A DNA stretch of 64,000 nucleotides, from contig JAVRCJ020000009.1 of assembly GCA_034530875.2 (NCBI GenBank), positions 183,298-247,297 on the forward strand, given 5' to 3'. This document shows, piece by piece, positions 42,752 to 53,161 of this stretch. The translations under genes and the position numbers were made by a program. Source of the stretch: Nostoc sp. DedSLP01. Its GTDB lineage: Bacteria; Cyanobacteriota; Cyanobacteriia; Cyanobacteriales; Nostocaceae. The notes under the pieces are model-generated. The model searched no databases and was not told the origin of the DNA. It saw nothing but the letters and a program-made list of their open reading frames with translations. The stretch's first letter is position 1; the number at the start of each line of letters is the position of its first letter.

Positions 42752-45427
42752 CTAGATCGCACTAGCTGCAAAAACAAAGTCATTTGCGGTGAGTGCAGTT
42801 GATGTAATTCCCAGCAATGAAATTAATTCTGTATTTCCAGCCTTCACTAAGGTGTCGCTGCCCTGTTGTAATAAAGTTAAGCCACTAAACTCAGTGACAC
42901 CAATACCAGCAAGCCCGATTTTATCAATAGCGATCGCAAAATCAGTGACGATATTCTTGCTAGTTGGCAGACTGGCATTAGCAATCCAAAACTGGTCTTG
43001 TCCAGCACCACCAGTTAGGCTATTACCACCACCTTGGCCGGCAAATAGCGCATCATCTCCATCGCCGCCAAACAACGAATCATTGACACCAGAGAAAAGT
43101 TTATCGCCTCCAGAACCACCATACAAACGATTATTACTACCTTCACTCTTGAGGGTATCGTTGCCTGAGCCGCCGAAGGCTAATTGACGAGAACCTTCAA
43201 CTACCGTAACAGTATCAGCACCTGCACCACCAAAGAGATTATTAGTAGCGTTGGCTTCGACTACAGTAATTTGGTCGTCACCATTACCACCATCGGCACT
43301 GGTATTACTAGCAGCACCGTTTTGGCCAACAAAGATACGATCGTTACCATCTCCGGCTGACACTGAAGATTTACTGCCAACCAGCACTGTATCTTCACCG
43401 CTGGCGCTGAGAACTGTATTATCTGTAGTACCTTGTACTAAGTCTGCTCCGTCACCTGCGAATAAGGTTTGGCCGGACTTGAGGGTGACATCATCGCTAT
43501 TTGTAGTACCAAAATCAACGTCTAATGTTGTTAGTCCGACGGTGCGACCCGCAAACCCTGCTGCTGTAAAGTACTGATTATTGCCTACACTCTGATAATT
43601 GAGAATTGTTTTTTGACCGTTAGCAGCTTCTTGTGAAGTCAAGGTTCCTTTCGTGAAGGAGACTGAATCAGGCCCTCCCGCTAATGCCTCTGCAATGATG
43701 CGACCTTTCAAATCGCCATTACTGGGAATCTGCAAACCGAGAATTTTTGCAAGGGTGGGTGTTATATCAGCATTACTGATAGGCGCATAGTCCACATAAC
43801 CGGATTTGAAGTCAGGGCCAATAGCCAGCATGTTATTGAAGGTATCGCCCCGACCAAAGCTACCATGCATCCCCTGCCCTTGCTGTAAGCCTGTGTCAGC
43901 AATCTCGATCTCAGCTTGGGGATTGTTTGGGTTGTTTGAATCAGTGCTAAAGGTTTTGAAATTGATGACAATTGCTGGAACGGGTGTTTGAGCATCACCT
44001 TTTAACCCGATCGCACTTAATGGTAAAGCACCTGGAATATCTCCATAAGCATCATTTACGAAAATGCCGCTAATGTAGTCTTTTTGCGAAAGTAAATTTA
44101 CTACCTGTTTAGCAAGGTCAGCATTACCATTAGGCAGATAAATCAGATCCGATCCACCATTAGCAGCTACAACAATCTTTGCACCTGAGTCGAGGTGACC
44201 GTTAATTACCTGACCGGTACCGCCAATTACGCCATTCCCAGCTGTGGGGCGTTGCCCTTGTGTCGCGTCAACACTAGCATACTGGATGTTATTGATGTCT
44301 AGAGGAGCGACTGTATTTTTATCGGGGTCGTATAGAGGTAAACCTAAATCGTGAGCTAAATCAATTGCTACAAAGCCCGGTGGCAGAAATCCAGGGTTAA
44401 CACCATCGTAGGTTTGTTTTGCAGCATAACTATTAGTTTTTGTGCCTTGGTTATCAATCTGTTGTCTGCTGATGGTGGAAAAACCGTGGTCAGAAGTGAT
44501 AAAGACATCAGTCGTTTTGTCCAAACCCGTGCTTTTGAGGTAATCAAGCAGCTGCTTTAAGTTGTTGTCAGCATTCTTGACGCCAGCTTTGGAAGTCTCA
44601 CCATTGATACCTGGTGTCAAACTGTTTAAGCTATCACCTTGATTGTGTTGACTTCCATCAGGGTCTCTTGACCAGTAGACTAAGGCAAATGGTTTATTTT
44701 CTTCTTGAAACTTGGGAAGAACTGCCTTGGTAGTGGCATTTATAAAAAATTGTTGCTGGTCAATATTGGCAACTTTAGTTCCAGGAGTTGTGTTATTCCC
44801 AGAATTACCATTTTCCCCTCTACCAGGAGTTATGGTAGGTAACCCAGCCGCTTGCAAACGAGCTGCAATATCAGGATCGAGTGGTACACCTTGAGGCGAA
44901 CCTGTTGTGGAATTAGCTGCTGTACCTGTGCGATCGTCGATAATTACAGTATGTGGGGTGGGAATAGTTCCCCCAGTACCGCCTTCTCGGTTGAGTTGCG
45001 TGACATCTTGAATGGCAACTGGCCCTAGCTTACCAATTGCAGCAGTATTGAAGCCTTGCGCCCGTGCGTAGGATAACAGTGACTCTTCATTGAGAAAGTT
45101 ATTTCCGGGAAACTTTTCGTCAATATCTCCCAGAACCGCATCATTTTCAATGAATGGCGTTACACTACCGTTAGCATTCGGGATAGGAAAACCACTATAT
45201 ATAGTGTTGCTAAAGTCGCCTGTATCGCCAAGGTAATGTCCAGTTGCGATCGCGGAAGCATTCGGTGTGGTAAATGTCGGAAATAGCGAATGACTATTTG
45301 TAAAATTAACTCCCTGCTGGCGAATGCTATATAAAGTCGGTGTGTCAGTAGGATTTACAGAACCGTTACGCAATCCATCTGCAACAAAAATAATGACATT
45401 TCTACCGTTGCTGTTTGTATCAGCCAT
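42752..45427 (-). CDS. Alkaline phosphatase/nucleotide pyrophosphatase-phosphodiesterase family protein with C-terminal RTX Ca-binding repeats
   Basis: VADGLR, PTFTTPN, DGSQH, SDHG, GMHG motifs; several GGxGxD nonapeptides; no signal peptide. Confidence 0.88.
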   Translation of the reverse strand: MADTNSNGRNVIIFVADGLRNGSVNPTDTPTLYSIRQQGVNFTNSHSLFPTFTTPNASAIATGHYLGDTGDFSNTIYSGFPIPNANGSVTPFIENDAVLGDIDEKFPGNNFLNEESLLSYARAQGFNTAAIGKLGPVAIQDVTQLNREGGTGGTIPTPHTVIIDDRTGTAANSTTGSPQGVPLDPDIAARLQAAGLPTITPGRGENGNSGNNTTPGTKVANIDQQQFFINATTKAVLPKFQEENKPFALVYWSRDPDGSQHNQGDSLNSLTPGINGETSKAGVKNADNNLKQLLDYLKSTGLDKTTDVFITSDHGFSTISRQQIDNQGTKTNSYAAKQTYDGVNPGFLPPGFVAIDLAHDLGLPLYDPDKNTVAPLDINNIQYASVDATQGQRPTAGNGVIGGTGQVINGHLDSGAKIVVAANGGSDLIYLPNGNADLAKQVVNLLSQKDYISGIFVNDAYGDIPGALPLSAIGLKGDAQTPVPAIVINFKTFSTDSNNPNNPQAEIEIADTGLQQGQGMHGSFGRGDTFNNMLAIGPDFKSGYVDYAPISNADITPTLAKILGLQIPSNGDLKGRIIAEALAGGPDSVSFTKGTLTSQEAANGQKTILNYQSVGNNQYFTAAGFAGRTVGLTTLDVDFGTTNSDDVTLKSGQTLFAGDGADLVQGTTDNTVLSASGEDTVLVGSKSSVSAGDGNDRIFVGQNGAASNTSADGGNGDDQITVVEANATNNLFGGAGADTVTVVEGSRQLAFGGSGNDTLKSEGSNNRLYGGSGGDKLFSGVNDSLFGGDGDDALFAGQGGGNSLTGGAGQDQFWIANASLPTSKNIVTDFAIAIDKIGLAGIGVTEFSGLTLLQQGSDTLVKAGNTELISLLGITSTALTANDFVFAASAI

Positions 45428-45459
45428 GCCGATTACTCCTTAAGTATTATAAGCTACAA

Positions 45460-45488
45460 GCGATGCCTACGGCTGGCTACGCCTACGC
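45460..45488 (+). mobile_element. 21-nt mini-element inserted in HIP1
   Basis: GCGAT[GCCTACGGCTGGCTACGCCTA]CGC. Confidence 0.75.
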
Positions 45489-45646
45489 AGCAGTTATTCG
45501 TCTGTAGGCTGGCTGATTAATTACGCTCAACCAAAACAAAAATAATTGCCTACATAAACCTGAGTAGTATTTGGCGACAAAATGCTTAATGTCTACACAA
45601 ATTAGTGCAGAGAAGGTTAGTCAACGTTTCATAAGATAGTTGTTTA

Positions 45647-45676
45647 ATGTTTAAAAAAAGTTATGAACAAGTTAAA
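45647..45676 (-). promoter_or_regulatory. Possible Pho box (SphR/PhoB)
   Basis: TTTAACTT-N3-CATAACTT-N3-TTAAACAT with 11-bp period, upstream of the phosphatase; third unit weak. Confidence 0.45.
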
Positions 45677-46330
45677 ATTAGAATTTTAAAAGTATTCTGT
45701 AAATTATTAAATATGTAAGAATTCAGCACTCAGGAGTCAGAATTCAGAATTTATCAGGATTTTAGTAGAATTAAGATATTTATCAAAGTTTGGTCTGATT
45801 TTTTAATTATTCTGACTCCTGAATTCTGACTCAAATATTAAATTGCTAACAGATATAAGACTTACACAAAAAAATATCTAACTCTTATTCCCACGTAATT
45901 TATGATTGCCTTTTCTTCTCTACAAGAGGCTTTCTTTTAACGAACGGGAAATCTTAAAACACTTACTATCAAAGCCGCCAATTAAACTTCTATCTGTGGT
46001 TATATTTGCATTAACCTAAGTGTAATTTCTGAAATATAAAATCAGTCAGTAAAATATCAGACAGCAAAAGATTGCTAAAATGGAGAGTTTGACACTGCAA
46101 TTGAATTACCAACGAAAATATAGAACGCAAACTACTGCAAGGATATTTGAAAAAGAAAGATAGAGTAAATAGGCATAAAACCGTTATTCAAAAAAACAAA
46201 GCTAGGATTCTCACCTAGCCTTAACTATTAACGTGAAAAAAACAGGATAGTATTTAAAAGGCAATAGAAAACAGGAAAAAGGCTAAGCACAAGTGTACTG
46301 CTTTTTTCCTGCAATAAAATATGAGTCTTA

Positions 46331-47087
46331 TATGGTGCAAAATAACAAAATTGCTGTCGAATTCCGCAATGTCACCTTTAGCCGCAATCATCGCGCTTTG
46401 GTGTCAAATCTCAATTTTACCATTAACCAAGGAGAAGCGCTGGTATTACTTGGTCGCAGCGGCAGCGGTAAAACTACAACAATGAAATTAATTAATCGCT
46501 TATTAACACCTACACAAGGCGAAGTTTTATTCGATGGTATTTCCACAACCCAATGGGATGAAATTAAACTGCGGCGAAAAATTGGTTATGTAATTCAAGA
46601 AACTGGTTTATTTCCCCATTTTACTGTAGAGAGAAATGTCGGCTTAGTTCCTTCTTTAGAAGGCTGGCAACCAAAACAAATTAAAACGCGAGTTTATGAA
46701 TTACTGCAATTAGTAGGTTTAGAACCTGCGCAATTTGCAGGACGTTACCCGCACGAACTTTCGGGAGGACAACGGCAAAGAGTCGGTGTAGCTAGGGCTT
46801 TAGCAGCAGATCCACCAATGTTGTTAATGGATGAACCTTTTGGTGCACTCGATCCAATTACGCGCTTAGAAATTCAACAAGAGTTTCGATATTTGCAACA
46901 AGAATTAGGCAAAACAGTTGTTTTTGTCACCCACGATATTCAAGAAGCATTTATTTTGGCATCGAGAATTGGTTTAATGTATGACGGAGAACTGGTAGTA
47001 TTGGCGACAACTGATGATTTTATGAAGTCACAACATCCAGAAACCCTTGCTTTTCTTGAATGTTTGCCTTCTTTAAAAAATTTGTAA
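46331..47087 (+). CDS. Osmoprotectant-type (OpuA/ProV) ABC ATP-binding protein
   Basis: GRSGSGKT, GYVIQETGLFPH, LSGGQ, MDEPFGALDP. Start approximately at MVQNN. Confidence 0.88.
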
Positions 47088-47203
47088 AAGGGACTGTAGA
47101 TTGGGATTAGATGCCAACCCCAAAAAAATGTTATTTATTAAGACTCTTATGAATTCTGAATTCTGAATTCTGAATTCTGTATTCTTTATTCTGACTTTTG
47201 TTT

Positions 47204-47827
47204 ATGAAAGATTTTTTCCTCGTTAAGTATGCTCCAGAAATCCTCGAACATACTCTAGAACACTTTTTTTTAGTAGGCGTTGCTATTGGAATTGCCTTAC
47301 TTATAGGCATTCCATTAGGAATTTTAATTACGCGTAAAACTAAGCTCTCTCAACCAATTCTCGGTATAGCGAATATTGTGCAAACTATTCCTAGTTTGGC
47401 GCTATTTGGCTTACTCATTCCTATTGCTGGGATTGGTGTAGTACCAGCAATTGTGGCTTTAAGTTTATATTCTTTTTTACCAATAATTCGTAACACTTAC
47501 ACAGGTATCACTGGTGTAGATCCAGCAATTCGGGAAGCTGGTAGAGGTATGGGAATGACAGATAGGCAATTATTATTACAAGTTGAAATTCCCTTGGCAA
47601 TGGGAGTAATTCTGGCAGGGATACGAGTAGCAACTGTGATTGCTGTTGGTATTGCTACGATTGCAGCAGCAATTGGGGCTGGTGGTTTAGGAGTTTTTAT
47701 TTTTCGGGGGATATCTCTAGTTAATGGGGAGTTAATTTTGGCTGGGGCTGTTCCGGCTGCGGTAATTGCATTACTGGCTGATTTTGCAATTGGATGGATG
47801 GAGAGGAAATTAAAAGTTACAAGTTAG
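47204..47827 (+). CDS. Osmoprotectant-type (OpuB/ProW) ABC permease
   Basis: QTIPSLAL, EAGRGMGM, IGAGGLG motifs. Confidence 0.88.
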   Translation: MKDFFLVKYAPEILEHTLEHFFLVGVAIGIALLIGIPLGILITRKTKLSQPILGIANIVQTIPSLALFGLLIPIAGIGVVPAIVALSLYSFLPIIRNTYTGITGVDPAIREAGRGMGMTDRQLLLQVEIPLAMGVILAGIRVATVIAVGIATIAAAIGAGGLGVFIFRGISLVNGELILAGAVPAAVIALLADFAIGWMERKLKVTS

Positions 47828-48011
47828 GTGGTAGATTTTTTTCTCACGCAGAGACGCAGCGAAAAGTCGGAGCGCCAGCTTCCGGCGATCTGAACTTTTC
47901 AAGAGAGAGGCGCACAAAAGAGGACGCAAAGGAGAAGTAGAAGTGAGTAGGAGTGTATAAAATGCGCGGTTAGGCGGTAGGCTAATAGATATCAAACAAG
48001 ATGGCATAAAA

Positions 48012-49832
48012 ATGCTTACTGTTGCCAAAACTAAGCGAGTTGCGATGCCTGCGGCGGGCATAGCCATCGCTATCTTTTCTTTTAGCTTTGTACTTTACAG
48101 CCAAGTAGCATCAGCGGCTTTAACACCCATACGCAGCAAAAAGGGTATGGTGGTTTCAGCTCATCCCCTGGCGAGTGCAGCGGGAATTTCTATGTTACGC
48201 AAGGGTGGTAATGCAGTAGATGCAGCGGTAGCTACAACCTTTGCAATTTCTGTAGTTGAGCCTTTTTCAGCAGGAATTGGCGGCGGCGGATTTTTGCTGG
48301 TGCATTCTGAAAAAACTGGCGAGATGAAAGCTTTAGATTTCCGGGAACGGGCACCGCTGAAGGCGACAAGAAACATGTATTTAGATGCACAAGGTAAGGT
48401 GCGTCCCAATGCAAGTATTGATGGTTATTTAGCGGTGGCGACACCAGGAACGGTAGCGGGACTTTATGAAGTGCATCGCCGCTATGGTAAGCTTTCTTGG
48501 GAAGAGGTAGTAAAACCTGCGATCGCACTTGCTAAAGATGGCTTTATTCTAGGCGATGCGGCAACTTGGCGTTCTCTGCAAAGCAATCAACTTTATCAGC
48601 AACGAATTCTCAAAAATCCAGCACTGCGGGAAATTTTCACTCACAACGGCGAATTTTATACAACAGGAGACAAGCTAGTACAGCGCGATTTAGCGAAGAC
48701 TTTAACAGCAATTGCTGAAGATCCTCAAAGTTTTTACACTGGAAAAATTGCCAAAGCGATCGCTGCTGATATGGCAAAAAATGGTGGTTTAATTACCCTA
48801 GAAGACTTAAAAGCCTATAAACCAATTTGGCGGACTCCAGTTTGTGGTAATTTCCGCAAAGCTAAAATCTGCTCAATGCCACCACCCTCATCAGGAGGCG
48901 TTCATCTATTGCAGATTTTAAATATTATTGGTGACACCGATTTAAAGTCTCTCGGATGGCATCATCCAGACGCCATACATTTAATGGTAGAAGCAATGAA
49001 GATTGCTTACAGCGATCGCTCGCAATATTTGGGCGACCCAGACTTTGTTAAAGTTCCAGTACAACAACTAATCAGCCCAGCTTACGCCCAAAAACGCCGC
49101 CAAGAAATCAACATGGATAAGGCTAGACCCTCCACTGAAGTCAAGCCAGGAAATTTAAACTCCCAAGTCCCAATTCCAAATTCCAAATGTCTCCCCATCT
49201 CCCCATCTCCCAATCTCCCCATCTCCCCATCCCCTTGTCTTGGCTACGAATCTCCTGAAACCAGCCATCTGACCGTTGTTGACGAACAACGCAACGCTGT
49301 TAGTCTGACTTTTACGATTAACCTTGGTTTTGGTGCTGGTATCGTCACACCAGGAACCGGAATTATCCTCAATAATGAGATGGATGATTTTGCTGCTGCA
49401 CCAGGAGTTCCAAATGCTTTTGGTTTAGTTGGTAACGACGCCAACAGCATTGCACCGCGCAAAACTCCCTTGTCCAGCATGACTCCCACAATTGTCACAG
49501 AAAATAATCATTTGCGTATGGCCGCAGGTGCGCCTGGTGGTAGCACCATCATCACCCAAGTGCTACAAGTGATTTTGAATGTGCTGGAATACAACATGGA
49601 TGTTGGTGCGGCTATTTCTGCGCCACGCATACATCATCAATGGCTTCCCGATGAGTTGCGCGTCGAATCGTGGGGTTTAGATGCTTTGACTTTGGAAAAT
49701 TTACGCCGTCGAGGACACAACATAAAACAAACTGCACCTTGGGGTAATGGTAACGCGATCGCAGTTACAGCTGATGGACAACTAGAAGGTGCCGCCGATC
49801 CTCGCAGTGAAGGTACCCCAAGGGGTTGGTGA
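48012..49832 (+). CDS. ggt: Gamma-glutamyltransferase
   Basis: GGNAVDAAVA, DFRERAP, ETSH (catalytic Thr), NNEMDDF, LSSMTP, GGSTI motifs. Confidence 0.95.
   Translation: MLTVAKTKRVAMPAAGIAIAIFSFSFVLYSQVASAALTPIRSKKGMVVSAHPLASAAGISMLRKGGNAVDAAVATTFAISVVEPFSAGIGGGGFLLVHSEKTGEMKALDFRERAPLKATRNMYLDAQGKVRPNASIDGYLAVATPGTVAGLYEVHRRYGKLSWEEVVKPAIALAKDGFILGDAATWRSLQSNQLYQQRILKNPALREIFTHNGEFYTTGDKLVQRDLAKTLTAIAEDPQSFYTGKIAKAIAADMAKNGGLITLEDLKAYKPIWRTPVCGNFRKAKICSMPPPSSGGVHLLQILNIIGDTDLKSLGWHHPDAIHLMVEAMKIAYSDRSQYLGDPDFVKVPVQQLISPAYAQKRRQEINMDKARPSTEVKPGNLNSQVPIPNSKCLPISPSPNLPISPSPCLGYESPETSHLTVVDEQRNAVSLTFTINLGFGAGIVTPGTGIILNNEMDDFAAAPGVPNAFGLVGNDANSIAPRKTPLSSMTPTIVTENNHLRMAAGAPGGSTIITQVLQVILNVLEYNMDVGAAISAPRIHHQWLPDELRVESWGLDALTLENLRRRGHNIKQTAPWGNGNAIAVTADGQLEGAADPRSEGTPRGW
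48042..48070 (+). mobile_element. 21-nt mini-element inserted in HIP1 within the ggt signal peptide
   Basis: GCGAT[GCCTGCGGCGGGCATAGCCAT]CGC. Confidence 0.7.
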
Positions 49833-49958
49833 TGGGGGGAGAGATGAGGAGATGGGGAAGTGCGGGGGGTATGGGAGGTGTGGGAAGCATAAATTCTCTT
49901 TTTTCCCTCACTTCCCCCACTCCCTATTTCCCCATCTCCCTACTCCCCATCTCTAAAA

Positions 49959-50216
49959 TCAAATATTCTTTGACTCTACATAGCTATTGCTGCCAAACTC
50001 GTTTGCACGTGCGCTAGGTACTAGTGTCCAACCTGCTTTGAGAAGTTTTTGATAAGTTGCCCAACCTTTAGAACCACCTGGTATCTGATAATCTGGAACT
50101 GCAATATGTCCAAAAGCTGTGTATGGACGCCAAGGTTGACTCGGTTCTGTTTGCAAATACAAAATTTTCTCTCCGTCACCACTAGACTTTGATAACCAGC
50201 ACATTTGTCGGTGCAT
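49959..50216 (-). CDS. Small hypothetical protein (85 aa)
   Basis: AGGAG RBS; PWRPY and SKGWATYQKLLKAGWTL segments; upstream NtcA promoter. Confidence 0.8.
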   Translation of the reverse strand: MHRQMCWLSKSSGDGEKILYLQTEPSQPWRPYTAFGHIAVPDYQIPGGSKGWATYQKLLKAGWTLVPSARANEFGSNSYVESKNI

Positions 50217-50441
50217 TGCAAACTCCTTTACTTGTAGCTAAGAGCATAATGGCAAACTTTTGTCAAGTCCAACCTCAGCCTTGTGGTATAGTTTTTTGGC
50301 TAATACTTTAGACAAAATGTAATTAATTTCTGTGCATTACAGGATAATTACGTAGGAATCCATACCCTTGAGGACAGTTGATAAGAGGAAAGAAACATAA
50401 ACAGCTTTCCCTCACTTCCTTTCTAGGATGAGGTTGTTCCA

Positions 50442-50483
50442 ATGTTATCCGCGTTTTTGATGATTGTATGTAACAAGAAATAC
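50442..50483 (-). promoter_or_regulatory. Canonical NtcA-activated promoter
   Basis: GTATTTCTTGTTAC, 22 nt, then TAACAT. Confidence 0.7.
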
Positions 50484-50574
50484 TATTTCATTTAGTAAAG
50501 CGCGATATCGCGCTTTACACCGTTAATAATTTCAGGTGTCTTAAGCTACTGCATAACGCACTGTTGCTTAGCGT

Positions 50575-50647
50575 CACCCTACCCCGGTTTTGTCTAAAGC
50601 CAAAACCGCCCCTTCCCTTGGCAAGGGGAGGGGTTGGGGGTGGGGTG
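50575..50647. repeat. Palindromic dispersed repeat
   Basis: CACCCTACCCC...CCCCTTCCCTTGGCAAGGGGAGGGG...GGGGTGGGGTG nested inverted repeats. Confidence 0.6.
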
Positions 50648-50972
50648 AAACGTCTGTGCGATAAGCGTTTGAGCTTAAGTTGATACTAATGTATAGTGCA
50701 TAGCTATGCGCCCCTACCCATGTACTTCATTTAGCTGAAATATGGTGTAATGTCATCAATAGCTAGATGAAAAAACTTTGTCTGATTTTTTATAAAGATG
50801 AAGATATTGCTAGAAAGCCACATAAATCAATATGAATAAATTATTGAGTAGCGACTTAGACAATAATCAAATTGAGCAGGTTTAGTTCCTGAATCAATTC
50901 TTATATTTGTATAAGTCGCACTCGATCGCATTTAAGAGAAAACTAGTATTTGATAACCAAAATCCTTGGTTA

Positions 50973-51569
50973 TCACAGTGACGGCACATATAATTTATCG
51001 CTCACAATATCCCGAATTTTCTCTACCAGTTGAGTGTAGGCGAAATCAGATAAAACTGGTTTGGATTCTCGTAAGTCAAATGCTTTATCTAAATCAATCC
51101 ATGACTTACAGCCGCCGTATCTAGCGTAATAGGGAATTTGCTGTTCTTCGGGTAGTTTATAAGTTCGTAAGAGCAGAATATATAGCGGTTGGCGTGGTTT
51201 CCACTTGAGGCGATCGCTAATAAAATGCTCGTTCCAAATATGGAAGGGAAGTAAGGCATTAACAATAGACTCGTCACTAATGGGCAAAATATCTGTAATT
51301 TCAGCCCAACTACCGATGCGAATTGTTTCTGGATGCCATCCTGATGTCACTGGATAGACATCATTAGCATACTCTTCTTTGAGCATGAAAGCTTGTTGAT
51401 GCTCGTAAGTAGGGTAAAGCAAAATCTGTTTGTGGGCAACTTGAAAATGTCCATTGCGTTCGTGGATACCGCCTTTGCGGAGCAACATAATTGTTTTGCC
51501 AGTTTCTAGGGCATTTATGGCAGCGGCCCATTCTTTGAGAGCGTGAAAAGTTGTAGTCAATTCCATCAC
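50973..51569 (-). CDS. DUF1802 family protein
   Basis: ALKEWA, LLRKGGIHE, LYPTYEHQ, YGGCKSWI motifs. Confidence 0.88.
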   Translation of the reverse strand: MMELTTTFHALKEWAAAINALETGKTIMLLRKGGIHERNGHFQVAHKQILLYPTYEHQQAFMLKEEYANDVYPVTSGWHPETIRIGSWAEITDILPISDESIVNALLPFHIWNEHFISDRLKWKPRQPLYILLLRTYKLPEEQQIPYYARYGGCKSWIDLDKAFDLRESKPVLSDFAYTQLVEKIRDIVSDKLYVPSL

Positions 51570-51655
51570 AAGTACTGTAATTCTGATTTAATTTCAAGCT
51601 AAGACCGATAAAGTCTGAAACTGTCGAGAGAAATGAATTAGGTTGGCAAAAAGTT

Positions 51656-52615
51656 ATGGAAAAGCGATCGCTAGGTACTTCTGACGTACAAATCACACCT
51701 ATTCTTATGGGAACTTGGCAAGCCGGAAAAAGAATGTGGGTGGGAATTGAGGATGCTGACTCCATTAAAACGATGCGAACAGCTTATGAAGCCGGTATCA
51801 CAACGATTGATACTGCTGAGGCTTACGGTCAAGGACACTCTGAGCGAATTGTAGCTGAAGCTTTATCTGATGTCCGCCATCAGGTGGTGTATGCCACGAA
51901 AGTTTTTGCTAATCATCTCAAATACGAACAAGTAATTGAAGCTTGCGAACGTTCCCTGACAAATCTAAAAACTGATTACATCGACCTTTACCAAATTCAT
52001 TGGCCCTCCGGCGCTTTCAATAGTGAAATAGTACCTATCGAAGAAACTATGAGCGCTTTAAACTTGCTCAAAGAACAAGGTAAAATTCGAGCGATCGGTG
52101 TTTCTAATTTTTCTAGCGCCCAGTTAGCAGAAGCCGCGAGTTATGGACGAATTGATAGTTTACAACCACCTTATTCTCTATTTTGGAGACAGGTAGAACA
52201 AGATGCACTGCCCTATTGTATCGAACACAATATTTCTATCCTTGCTTATTCGCCTCTAGCACAGGGATTGCTAACAGGTAAATTTCAGGCTGGTCATAAA
52301 TTTGACTCAGCAGATAACCGTGCTAGTAATAAACTGTTTCAAGGCGAAAACTTTGAGAGCGCTCTACAAGCACTAGAAAAATTGCGTCCTATAGCCCTTC
52401 ATCATAATTGTACCCTTGCTCAGTTGGCTTTGGCGTGGTTAATTGCCCAACCTCAAACAAATGCCATAGCTGGGGCGCGTTATCCCCAACAAGCACAAGA
52501 CAACGCCTTAGCCGCCCAGATTCAGCTTTCTACCGCCCAATTGGCAGAAATTGATGCCATTGGACGTACTGTAAGCGATCGCTTTGATAACAATCCAGTG
52601 ATGTGGGAATTTTGA
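51656..52615 (+). CDS. Aldo/keto reductase
   Basis: IDTAEAYG, IDLYQIHWP, IGVSNF, YSPLAQG motifs. Confidence 0.93.
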   Translation: MEKRSLGTSDVQITPILMGTWQAGKRMWVGIEDADSIKTMRTAYEAGITTIDTAEAYGQGHSERIVAEALSDVRHQVVYATKVFANHLKYEQVIEACERSLTNLKTDYIDLYQIHWPSGAFNSEIVPIEETMSALNLLKEQGKIRAIGVSNFSSAQLAEAASYGRIDSLQPPYSLFWRQVEQDALPYCIEHNISILAYSPLAQGLLTGKFQAGHKFDSADNRASNKLFQGENFESALQALEKLRPIALHHNCTLAQLALAWLIAQPQTNAIAGARYPQQAQDNALAAQIQLSTAQLAEIDAIGRTVSDRFDNNPVMWEF

Positions 52616-52800
52616 TTAAAAATTAGGGTTTAGGGTGTGGGGGGTAGGGAATCTTAAAATACAGCTTGGTTAAACAAGCCTAGCTCTTAAAAAGAGAGTT
52701 AGCGATCGAATCTTTAAGATTGAGATTGCAAAATCTAACAAAACGTCAACTTTAGTAAACCAGGGGTTGCAACTGAGAAACTGAGTGATAAATTGAATAG

Positions 52801-53068
52801 TAGGACACAAAGAAAAACCAAACAAAAGGGTAGATGATTCAGTGTCCCCTTGTCATAGACCCAAGTAAGCTTCAGCATATCAATATACAAGTGGCAAAAA
52901 GTTTCCTATTAGGAAGACAAAGCCAAATCCAAAAACGGAAAAACGTAGAAATGCGAAGTTTGCTAGTTACTCAGTCCACCTTAGTTATTAACCTTCAGTT
53001 AGTTAATTAGTTTAACAATTTGAAACCTGTAAACTCGATAAAACCTGGTCAACCCCGACCAGGTTTTT
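52801..53068 (+). ncRNA. Candidate stand-alone small transcript (sRNA or 58-aa sORF)
   Basis: TTGCAA-N16-TAAATT with TGn extension; terminator AAAACCTGGTC..GACCAGGTTTTT. Confidence 0.45.
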
Positions 53069-53161
53069 GGATTTTTATTTAATACTCTTAACCTCCTGCC
53101 TTCTTTGGTAATTTCACAGCAGCGAATAAAATAGAACAGCAATATATTCTGCTGTGAGAGA

